NCBI RefSeq assembly: GCF_000341395.1
Contig: NC_020304.1
Span: 30,001 to 62,000, forward strand
Source of the DNA: Desulfocapsa sulfexigens DSM 10523
GTDB taxonomy: Bacteria; Desulfobacterota; Desulfobulbia; Desulfobulbales; Desulfocapsaceae
Reading direction: 5' to 3'
DNA length: 32,000 nt
Position 1 is the first letter of the stretch. The number at the start of each line of letters is the position of its first letter. Below the pieces are notes generated by a model. The model was not told the DNA's origin, ran no database searches, and saw nothing but the letters and a program-made list of their open reading frames with translations. The position numbers were made by a program, and so were the translations under genes. Shown here in pieces: positions 1 to 7,147 of the stretch.

Positions 1-900
1 TCCGGGATGCGGGCATGGATTGGTGAAGTACTTTATGACTTTCCGTCTCCCTGTTATGGCGATCTGGAGAATGGTTTTTCCTATGTGGAAGAGCTCTTTG
101 GTCTCTATTCAGGCCATTCGCTCATTTCAATCACTGCCGATCCCCACTCAGTTTATACCTGTTCACCGGAACTACTGACGCGGCTCGGGAAAGTTGCACA
201 GAGCCATGACAGTCTCTACGCAATTCATCTCTCCGAGAATGAAGCGGAAGTGAACACCTGCAAAGAGCGCTATAACTGCTCCCCGGTAGACCATCTGGAG
301 CGCTTGGGACTACTTGGCCCCAAAACACTGGCTGCTCATTGCGTTATGCTGGATGACAGAGAAATTGCACTTATGGCTGAGCGGGGTGTAAAAGTATCCC
401 ACTGTCAGGAATCAAACATGAAACTTGCCTCGGGCACCGCGCCCGTTGTCAAGATGATCGAAGCTGGTATAGAGGTTGGAATAGGAACGGACGGTGCCGC
501 GTCAAACAACGATGTGGATATGTTCGGAGAGATGAACACGGTTGCTAAGATCCACAAAGTTGCCCGTATGGATCCTACAGCAATGGGCGCTGAACAGACC
601 CTGCATGCAGCAACACTTGGTGGAGCTACAACTCTTGGGGCCAGTGATCATATCGGAACACTTGCAGTCGGCAAAAAAGCGGATATGATTGTACTCAACA
701 TGAACCAACCGCACCTCACACCACTGTATAACATTCCGTCGCACCTTGTCTACGCAGCTCGCGGGTCTGATGTCATCCATTCAATCATAAACGGCAGGAT
801 CGTTATGGAAGACAGAGTTCTCCAAAGCCTTGATGAAGAGCAGATTCTTGCCCGGATGCGAGAGATCGGACAAAACATTGTCAGGCATGGAAAGGATTGA
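1..900 (+). CDS. mtaD: Amidohydrolase-superfamily deaminase, MTA/SAH deaminase (MtaD)-like; C-terminal ~299 aa only, 5' end lies outside the window
   Basis: The frame is open from nt 1, so the ATG at 7 is probably internal. Motifs HLSENEAEV, HCQESNMKLASG and GTDGAASNNDVDMF, plus a C-terminal VGKKADMIVLN...INGRIVMEDR, are typical of TRZ/ATZ-type metal-dependent deaminases. Confidence 0.7.
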   Translation, partial: SGMRAWIGEVLYDFPSPCYGDLENGFSYVEELFGLYSGHSLISITADPHSVYTCSPELLTRLGKVAQSHDSLYAIHLSENEAEVNTCKERYNCSPVDHLERLGLLGPKTLAAHCVMLDDREIALMAERGVKVSHCQESNMKLASGTAPVVKMIEAGIEVGIGTDGAASNNDVDMFGEMNTVAKIHKVARMDPTAMGAEQTLHAATLGGATTLGASDHIGTLAVGKKADMIVLNMNQPHLTPLYNIPSHLVYAARGSDVIHSIINGRIVMEDRVLQSLDEEQILARMREIGQNIVRHGKD

Positions 901-983
901 CATTCTCGCAGTACTGCTCTACACTCAGTAATCTGTATATAGAAAGTTGTTAACTGTGATTTTATACGTATAGAGGAAGCACT

Positions 984-1169
984 ATGTTTGGACTTGGAAT
1001 GCCTGAGCTAATTGTTATTCTGGTCATTATTGTTATTATTTTTGGTGCTGGCAAACTTCCGGAAATTGGATCGGGAATTGGTAAAGGCATCAAAAATTTT
1101 AAGGATGCCACCAAAAAAGAAGAAACAAAAACGATTGACGAAGACACCAAAGGTGATTCACAGACCTGA
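984..1169 (+). CDS. tatA: Twin-arginine translocase subunit, TatA/E family (61 aa)
   Basis: [40 protein letters not shown] gives an N-terminal TM helix, an FG hinge and an amphipathic helix. A GAGGAAG Shine-Dalgarno lies upstream. Confidence 0.9.
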   Translation: MFGLGMPELIVILVIIVIIFGAGKLPEIGSGIGKGIKNFKDATKKEETKTIDEDTKGDSQT

Positions 1170-1210
1170 GCCGACGGCTCCCCCCGACTTTACTCTAACT
1201 GGAGAAAACC

Positions 1211-1456
1211 ATGTTTGGACTCGGAACCCCTGAATTAGTTGTTATTCTCGGCATTGCTGTTCTTGTTTTCGGAGGAAAAAAACTTCCGGAAATTGGGTCA
1301 GGTCTAGGTAAGGCAATCTCGTCGTTCAAAAACGGGATAAGTGACGTTGAAGACGGCGGCAAGAAAATTCTGGAAGATGTTCCCGGGGTGAAAGAAGTTA
1401 CAGCCGTAAAAGACAAAGTTGATGCAGTAAAAAACATCGGCAATATTCTCAAATAA
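1211..1456 (+). CDS. Second TatA/E-family paralogue (81 aa); it could serve as the TatB-like partner
   Basis: [40 protein letters not shown] has the same architecture as the upstream gene. GGAG sits 6 nt upstream of the ATG. Confidence 0.85.
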   Translation: MFGLGTPELVVILGIAVLVFGGKKLPEIGSGLGKAISSFKNGISDVEDGGKKILEDVPGVKEVTAVKDKVDAVKNIGNILK

Positions 1457-1489
1457 CCTATCAGTCTGGTCGCCCCAGCAATGAATATG

Positions 1490-1520
1490 AAGGAGAATCG
1501 TAATCGGTTCTCCTTTTTTT
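1490..1520 (+). terminator. Rho-independent terminator after the tatA pair
   Basis: An 11-bp stem pairs AAGGAGAAUCG (1490-1500) with CGGUUCUCCUU (1505-1515), including one G-U pair. The loop is UAAU and the T-run continues to 1520. Confidence 0.8.
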
Positions 1521-1644
1521 GCCCCCATGATTTTCTTTTTTTCACACTTCATCTTTCTTGACAAGTCTCTCCACCTTGACATACTCTAAAAGAGAAAAAA
1601 CTATATTTATGGTTTAGATTTATCTCCTACACCGAAGGGAAATC

Positions 1645-1959
1645 ATGTCAAATCGTCGTAACTATGAGCGCCTGTTGATTCAAAAATTTGCCATTCTGAA
1701 ACTTGCAAATGGCGAAACCATCCAGGGACAAACCCGTGATCTTGGAATGGGTGGAGCCTTTATAGAATGTGCGCCAGATATTCACCTTGAGGAGGGGACA
1801 GAATGTACCATCAGCCTGGTACTCAATGATGAAGAGGAAAGAATGATCACAGAAATATATGGCTGTATCAGCCACTGCGATAACAGCGGGGGACTTGGAT
1901 GTAATTTCCTGAAAATCAACGCCACGTACTACCAGTTCATAGGGGAAGCATCGGATTAA
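1645..1959 (+). CDS. Stand-alone PilZ-domain protein (104 aa), putative c-di-GMP receptor
   Basis: An N-terminal RRNYER (RxxxR) is followed about 23 aa later by DLGMGG, a variant of the D/NxSxxG motif with Ser replaced by Gly. Size and layout are typical of single-domain PilZ proteins. Confidence 0.7.
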   Translation: MSNRRNYERLLIQKFAILKLANGETIQGQTRDLGMGGAFIECAPDIHLEEGTECTISLVLNDEEERMITEIYGCISHCDNSGGLGCNFLKINATYYQFIGEASD

Positions 1960-2022
1960 TGAGAAAACGTGACCACGCCGGGTCAAAACCTGCAAATACT
2001 TGCTGTCATTTCTAATACTTAT

Positions 2023-2313
2023 TCATTTCTTACATTCCTTTTTTATATCAGGCGCAGGCGCCACTAAACAGTCTAAAAGAAATGTTTGCTCTTCTTCATT
2101 AAGGTCGGCACCACGTCGTTTAACCATCCGTTTTATAGTTGCGTCCCAACGACGTTTTGATTTTTCATCCACCTGGCTACAGACACGATCCAGATAGTGA
2201 CAGGACTGGCAACGGTTCAACAAAAGTTCAGCACAACCTGCCTTTGATTCAGCTTGCACACTAAATGGCACCATAAGATAGAGAAATACGACGACAGCAC
2301 TACACCACTTCAT
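2023..2313 (-). CDS. Small secreted monoheme c-type cytochrome (96 aa from the internal ATG)
   Basis: The ATG at 2313 is preceded by AAGGAG at 7 nt spacing. The signal peptide is MKWCSAVVVFLYLMVPFSVQA and there is a single CQSCH heme-binding motif. The track ORF extends to 2361, but that start has no RBS. Confidence 0.7.
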   Translation of the reverse strand: MKWCSAVVVFLYLMVPFSVQAESKAGCAELLLNRCQSCHYLDRVCSQVDEKSKRRWDATIKRMVKRRGADLNEEEQTFLLDCLVAPAPDIKKECKK

Positions 2314-2403
2314 ACATTTGCTCCTTTGATCGCTGAATTCTGCTACACTCTTTGGAATCAATATAACTGTTTACCACGGTAGCACAAAATTCACAAAAAA
2401 CAA

Positions 2404-2581
2404 CCTGATTACCACTAATCCTCAGCCTGCACGCCTGAGGAGGAGTTGGTTCGTGTTGATTATATGGGCATCTGCGGCCTGGACGGCCACAGCAGAGCCC
2501 CCAGGGATGGGTTTATGGCGTCCCTTATAGTCGACACGGAACAGCTCCGGGTTGCAAAGCTGAGTTTCGATGGTAATCAGG
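2404..2581 (-). ncRNA. Candidate ~176-nt structured small RNA, rod-shaped (6S-RNA-like architecture)
   Basis: An 11-bp closing helix pairs 2571-2581 with 2404-2414. A second helix is CUCAGC/GCUGAG. The apical hairpin at 2472-2492 is CUGUGGCC-GUCCA-GGCCGCAG; its U-G pair is valid only on the minus strand and would be C-A on the plus strand. The 3' side is A/C-rich and unpaired. A promoter-like element lies just upstream, and a U6 tract (2395-2400) lies 4 nt after the helix. Confidence 0.5.
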
Positions 2582-2588
2582 AAAAACA

Positions 2589-2617
2589 ATTATTCGGGTG
2601 AAACGATAACATTACAA
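2589..2617 (-). promoter_or_regulatory. Sigma70-like promoter for the candidate sRNA
   Basis: Read on the minus strand: TTGTAA (2612-2617), a 17-nt spacer, AATAAT (2589-2594), then 7 nt to the first base of the closing helix. Confidence 0.4.
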
Positions 2618-2695
2618 AACAAACGCCAGTTTCTTCATGGGGGAACACTAATCAGGAACGACAGGTTCCCCCTGCATGAATACCTGTCCAATCAA

Positions 2696-3967
2696 TCAGG
2701 CAGGAGTAGTTCCCTCCACTCTTGCAATCACCGAAGCAAGTCCTCTCTCTTTTTCCCGGTCTGGAAACAGAACTGCCAGAAGATCACGTCTCTCTTCCTG
2801 ATCACGTCGCCTCAGACGACGTTTTGCAATTTCCCGAACTTCCTCCTGCCGTATTGTCACCATCTGTCGCAGAAAAATCTGTGCCTCGGAAAACTCTCTT
2901 TCTGAAATCGTCCCAGTGCCATTCTCGTCTTTTTCCTTCATGGCAAGTTTTATTTCCTGAACAGGTCTGACCTCCCCATCCTCAGTGAGAAAAAAACCAT
3001 TGGCTGCAACCTCGCCCATAAGTACATTATCTCGATCCCGCAGTTGAAATGCGGTCTTGTCATGGGTCAGACAGATGGCTCCTACGCCAGCCTCCTGAAG
3101 ACTGAGAAGTGCAGCCTCTCCTGATTTCTCGGGAGACCAGATGCGAAGTTTTTTAAAAATCTCATCATTCTCATCAATCCAGCCATTCCTATCCATATCG
3201 TGTAAGGCCAGTTCCTGAAATCCATAGCCAGTGCTTGGTCCAAAAAGTTCGCTTCCGTTATTAATTTTTTTATCATTATTTAAATCAAGAGCGAGAAACC
3301 CACTACCGGGCTGCAATGAAAAAGATTCATCGCTAATCCCGTCACTATCCAGATCAAACTGGAAACTGCGATTTGCTAGATTTTCTAAGTTGCAATCAAA
3401 GTTAAAGACCAGCGGATCCATCAACACCCCGCCTGCCCCACGCCATGCCATGCTCTCGGTAACACGTGCTTGCCGCTCCATACTGAGATCAAGTGAAAAA
3501 TTCAGATCCCGCCCATCTTCCAACTGCACTGAACCGGAAGAGTGAATAGAGACCTTTTCATAGTGGTAGCTAGTAGAAACAGATGCAAAAGAAAACACAG
3601 CAATCTTTCCTGGTGGGTTCAGAGGTTCCGACAAGATAACATTTCCCTGGCCCTCAAGTCCTTGAATCCTCCTTAAGCGGACCCGTTGTCCAACTACCTC
3701 AGTTACCATCTGTTCCAAAGCATGATCGGCAGTGGTTTTGTATTCTTTTTCTCCATCGGTGCAGTGTACCGTACTTATGGCCGTACACTCCTGTGACTGA
3801 CGGCTTTCTTCGACCCTTTCCCTTCGCAGGTCTGGTTCTCCAGAGAGATTAAGCCGAAATTCCGGATCCTCCCCCAACCTGCCTGCCACCATTTGCGCTA
3901 CTCTCCCGGTCACATCCCTGTGTTCTGCCGACGCGTCCATGCTGATGTGGGAAGTGTTAATTTTCAT
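2696..3967 (-). CDS. Hypothetical protein (423 aa) with three EF-hand-like Ca-binding loops and a charged C-terminal tail
   Basis: A strong AGGAGGAG RBS precedes the start. The loops are DLDSDGISDE, DLNNDKKINNGSELFG and DMDRNGWIDENDEIF, spanning residues ~205-275 (nt 3143-3355). I see no N-terminal signal peptide. Confidence 0.6.
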   Translation of the reverse strand: MKINTSHISMDASAEHRDVTGRVAQMVAGRLGEDPEFRLNLSGEPDLRRERVEESRQSQECTAISTVHCTDGEKEYKTTADHALEQMVTEVVGQRVRLRRIQGLEGQGNVILSEPLNPPGKIAVFSFASVSTSYHYEKVSIHSSGSVQLEDGRDLNFSLDLSMERQARVTESMAWRGAGGVLMDPLVFNFDCNLENLANRSFQFDLDSDGISDESFSLQPGSGFLALDLNNDKKINNGSELFGPSTGYGFQELALHDMDRNGWIDENDEIFKKLRIWSPEKSGEAALLSLQEAGVGAICLTHDKTAFQLRDRDNVLMGEVAANGFFLTEDGEVRPVQEIKLAMKEKDENGTGTISEREFSEAQIFLRQMVTIRQEEVREIAKRRLRRRDQEERRDLLAVLFPDREKERGLASVIARVEGTTPA

Positions 3968-4258
3968 GTCACTCCTCCTGCGTCAAATAAATCATTGCGG
4001 CCGTTGGCCATTATTCCCTTTCCTGACAAAAAAGAAAAGGACTCCATTTATTCATATCGACACATCCTGAAAATTGTTAACGACCGTAATGCCCTTTCAT
4101 CTTGACAATGGATGGGTTACGTTGTAAGCATCTTGGTTTGCCTACTTTTTTATCTTTTTTTTACAAAGAGGATAAAAATAAAAGAGAATTCACAAACAAA
4201 CAATCTGTCGTTTTTTATAAACCAGCGGATATATCTTTTAACCAATCAGGAGTAATGC

Positions 4259-5401
4259 ATGTGTCGTTTAGCCCTGAAAACCGCCAGTGAGGCCTTCTCT
4301 CCATATGAAGTTCTCCAGGGCATGGAGGCTATGCAGGAAGGTTACGATGGCTCCGGCCTCGGACTTCTTCTGCGCGGTCTTGATTTTGATGATTACACCT
4401 ACAATACCAAAAACCCAGTTCTTTCAGGTATTGCCCATACTGAAGAGGCGTGGGACCGTCTCAGGAACTATATGGACAGTCACGGTTTTGAACTGAAGTA
4501 TGACCATGACTTTGACACCGCTCCCGGTCATCTGAAAGCACATAACAGATATCGTTATTTTCTTCGTGTTTACAAGTTACCACAATCAATCTCAGAGAAG
4601 TCAGAGGAAGAGATTGAGCATGATTTAATGATGACCCGGCTTGCACTCAGAAAAGACGGAGAACTCCATGGCGACGATCTCACAGTTTTTTCTTTCTGGC
4701 CAGATGTTGCCACTATCAAGGAAGTTGGCTGGCCACTTGAAATTGGTGACGGGCTGAGACTGTTCGACAACCGGATCAAATCCCGGGTCTGTATGGCACA
4801 GGGACGTCAGAACACCAACTACGGGATCAACCTTTATGCCTGCCATCCCTTCTTTATCCAGGGAATCGCCACCATGACCAACGGGGAAAACACTGCTTTT
4901 GTTCCCATCCGTGACTGGCTGCTCGGCAAACATTTTCCAGGATACACCGGATATCAGAGTGACTCGGAGACCTTCACACACATTCTCCACTACACCTTAA
5001 AGCAGCTCAAACTCCCTCTCCAGGCCTACAAACACATCATCACCCCTCTTCGGGGCGATGAACTGGCCAATCATCCTCAGGGAGATTTTTTAAGAGGTCT
5101 TCGTGATTCCTGTCGACGCCTTATCATTGACGGACCCAATGCAGTTATTGGAACCCTGCCCGATGAGACCTGTATGCTGGTTATGGATCAGAAAAAATTA
5201 CGCCCCGCAACCGTGGGTGGAAGGCCTGGTGCCTGGGCAATCGCATCAGAAATGTGCGGTGTTGATGCCATGGTACCCGACCGTGATCCATCACTTGATT
5301 TCCAACCCATGCGTGAACACACAATTCTTGTACCACCAGAACGAAAGGAACTGACAATATGGTCTCAGCACGATCCGTATCCGTTGGGCCAGGCAGCTTA
5401 A
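4259..5401 (+). CDS. Glutamate synthase, class-II glutamine amidotransferase subunit (archaeal-type GltB domain 1)
   Basis: The protein starts MC..., giving the catalytic Cys2 of Ntn-type amidotransferases. A GGAG RBS is present. The gene lies immediately upstream of the FMN and GXGXG subunits. Confidence 0.75.
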   Translation: MCRLALKTASEAFSPYEVLQGMEAMQEGYDGSGLGLLLRGLDFDDYTYNTKNPVLSGIAHTEEAWDRLRNYMDSHGFELKYDHDFDTAPGHLKAHNRYRYFLRVYKLPQSISEKSEEEIEHDLMMTRLALRKDGELHGDDLTVFSFWPDVATIKEVGWPLEIGDGLRLFDNRIKSRVCMAQGRQNTNYGINLYACHPFFIQGIATMTNGENTAFVPIRDWLLGKHFPGYTGYQSDSETFTHILHYTLKQLKLPLQAYKHIITPLRGDELANHPQGDFLRGLRDSCRRLIIDGPNAVIGTLPDETCMLVMDQKKLRPATVGGRPGAWAIASEMCGVDAMVPDRDPSLDFQPMREHTILVPPERKELTIWSQHDPYPLGQAA

Positions 5402-6999
5402 GCTACACTGACCTGCCCTGGATAATCCAGCACCGCGAAGATAGATGTACCCTCTGTGGTCATTGTACCGCAGTTTGTCCTAAAGAGGCAATCTATCTCG
5501 CCTATAGACGCCAGAGGATGCCAAAACTTGACGTCCTCAAGAAAAAACGCGGCAATGAATACCGTACTTTTGTCGGTATCCGCCAGAAAAAGAACATGGC
5601 CAATGCCTGCATCGGTTGCTCCATGTGCTCCATGGTCTGTCCAAACGAGGCAATCCAGCCCGTTCCCAATACTAACGAGCACAGAACTCTCTTCTTCAAC
5701 AACCAGAAGGGTGAGCCCATGAAGCGTGGCGGCAGACGTAACGAAGTCGGCCCCACCCTGCTTGACAGGATCATGTTTAACCGCATTTCAATGCTCACCG
5801 ATCCGGCACTGGATGCCGGACGCCACGAGTTCAGTGTTACCACAACCCTGGGTCGCACTCTTGATCCGGCAGAGTTCCTGAAACGCACGCGCGAGGGGGG
5901 ATGGATTCCGCCAACACGGGAAATATTTCCTTTTGTAATCGGCTCCATGTCTTTTGGTGCGCTGTCGCCAAATATGTGGCTTGGGTTGCTGCAGGGTGTT
6001 GCCTATTGTAATGAAGTACTTGGTATCCCAGTCGTTATGTGTACTGGTGAAGGAGGATGTCCTCCATGGGTTCTGAAAAGCCCCTACCTCAAGTACATTG
6101 TCCTGCAGATTGCATCCGGTTATTTTGGTTGGGATGAGATCATCCGGGCCATTCCCGATATGCAGTGTGACCCTGCCGCCATAGAAATAAAATATGGTCA
6201 AGGTGCTAAACCAGGCGACGGCGGACTGCTTATGTGGTTCAAGGTCTCCAAGTTGATTGCTCGTCTTCGCGGTGTGCCCGAAGGAGTAGACCTTCCGTCG
6301 CCTCCTGTGCACCAGACGCTCTATTCCATTGAGGAATCGGTGATGAAGATGATCCAGACCCTGTCCACCGCCTTTGGTCACAAGGTTCCGATCTATCCAA
6401 AGATCTCGGCCTCAACGAGTGCCAAATCAGTACTGAATAATCTGGTACGTAATCCCTATGCCGGTGGTCTGCTGATCGATGGAATCGATGGTGGAACAGG
6501 TGCTGCTTACAACGTCTCCATGGATGCAACGGGACACCCTATTGCCTCCAATGTGCGTGAGTGCTATCTCGATCTGGTTGCACAGGGTAAGCAGAATGAA
6601 ATTCCCATTTTTGCAGCCGGCGGTATCGGTAAAAATGGTAATGTCACCCAGAATGGTCTGGCACTTATCATGCTTGGCGCATCCGGTGTTCATATTGGAA
6701 AATACGTAATGCAAGCTGCTGCAGGTTGTCTTGGCAACGAGAGAAACCGCTGCAATGTCTGCAACGTTGGTATCTGCCCGAAAGGTATCACCAGTCAGAA
6801 TCCTAAACTGTACCGTCGTCTTGATCCCGATCAGGTAGCGGAACGTGTCGCTGAGGTATTTATGTCCATCCGTACTGAGATGAAGAAGGTCATGGCACCG
6901 CTTGGACGTTCCCAGTCCCTGCCGGTTGGCATGTCCGATGCTCTGGGAATTGGTGACAAGGATGCTGCCGACAGACTAAATATAAAATATGTATGTTAG
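5359..6999 (+). CDS. Glutamate synthase FMN/Fe-S catalytic subunit (GltB domain 2) with an N-terminal 2x[4Fe-4S] ferredoxin module
   Basis: The ferredoxin module shows CTLCGHCTAVCP and CIGCSMCSMVCP. The TIM-barrel signature follows: FVIGSMSFGALS, IEIKYGQGAKPGDGG, LIDGIDGGTGAA, AAGGI. The start overlaps the upstream gene by 43 nt. No later ATG would keep the first Cys cluster. Confidence 0.85.
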   Translation: MVSARSVSVGPGSLSYTDLPWIIQHREDRCTLCGHCTAVCPKEAIYLAYRRQRMPKLDVLKKKRGNEYRTFVGIRQKKNMANACIGCSMCSMVCPNEAIQPVPNTNEHRTLFFNNQKGEPMKRGGRRNEVGPTLLDRIMFNRISMLTDPALDAGRHEFSVTTTLGRTLDPAEFLKRTREGGWIPPTREIFPFVIGSMSFGALSPNMWLGLLQGVAYCNEVLGIPVVMCTGEGGCPPWVLKSPYLKYIVLQIASGYFGWDEIIRAIPDMQCDPAAIEIKYGQGAKPGDGGLLMWFKVSKLIARLRGVPEGVDLPSPPVHQTLYSIEESVMKMIQTLSTAFGHKVPIYPKISASTSAKSVLNNLVRNPYAGGLLIDGIDGGTGAAYNVSMDATGHPIASNVRECYLDLVAQGKQNEIPIFAAGGIGKNGNVTQNGLALIMLGASGVHIGKYVMQAAAGCLGNERNRCNVCNVGICPKGITSQNPKLYRRLDPDQVAERVAEVFMSIRTEMKKVMAPLGRSQSLPVGMSDALGIGDKDAADRLNIKYVC

Positions 7000-7082
7000 T
7001 ACCTTAGAAATTCTTTTTGTTTTTCACTAAAAAGAATTTTCTGAAGGTACCTTACACCGGCCTACTACCCGTATTCCGGTGT
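6999..7082 (+). promoter_or_regulatory. Two intercistronic stem-loops between glutamate synthase genes
   Basis: Hairpin 1 (6999-7050) has ~20 bp with two single-nt bulges and a 10-nt loop, and it starts at the stop codon. Hairpin 2 (7054-7082) pairs ACACCGG with CCGGUGU around a 15-nt loop. Neither is followed by a T-run. Confidence 0.55.
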
Positions 7083-7147
7083 TAATGAGTTAATCGTTTT
7101 TAGTTTTCCTTCATTTAAACTAAGACTTTTTTCATAAGGAGTTTTCT

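Noticed and set aside
1012-1545. ORFs 1012-1233(+), 1195-1545(-) and 1304-1582(-), which overlap the two tatA genes and their terminator.
   Set aside because: They are out of frame with or antisense to clear TatA sequences. One runs through the terminator hairpin. None has motifs.
1558-1600. Two TTGACA hexamers (1558-1563 and 1577-1582) upstream of the stand-alone PilZ gene, considered as promoter -35 boxes.
   Set aside because: The best partner -10 box is TACTCT at 18-nt spacing, which matches only 4 of 6 positions. That is plausible but too weak to list as a feature.
2570-2970. Plus-strand ORFs 2570-2905 and 2722-2970, which overlap the intergenic RNA region and the 3' end of the EF-hand-like gene.
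   Set aside because: They have no RBS and a Ser/Leu/Pro-rich nonsense-like composition. They are antisense to a gene with a strong RBS. The 5' part is better explained by the structured RNA on the minus strand.
3968-4258. The 290-nt divergent region upstream of glutamate synthase, inspected for a sigma-54 promoter (GG-N10-GC), a glutamine riboswitch or a leader peptide. The region contains ORF 4102-4290.
   Set aside because: I found no properly spaced GG/GC element and no convincing conserved fold by eye. The ORF lacks an RBS and runs into the real start codon. Only a weak TTGACA-N17-TAAGCA was seen, which is too poor to report.
5359-5401. The 43-nt overlap between the amidotransferase and FMN subunit genes, considered as a possible frameshift, pseudogene or programmed recoding site.
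   Set aside because: Archaeal-type glutamate synthases have separate subunits. The downstream ATG has its own AAAGGAA SD. I saw no slippery heptamer. Both reading frames are intact with complete domains.
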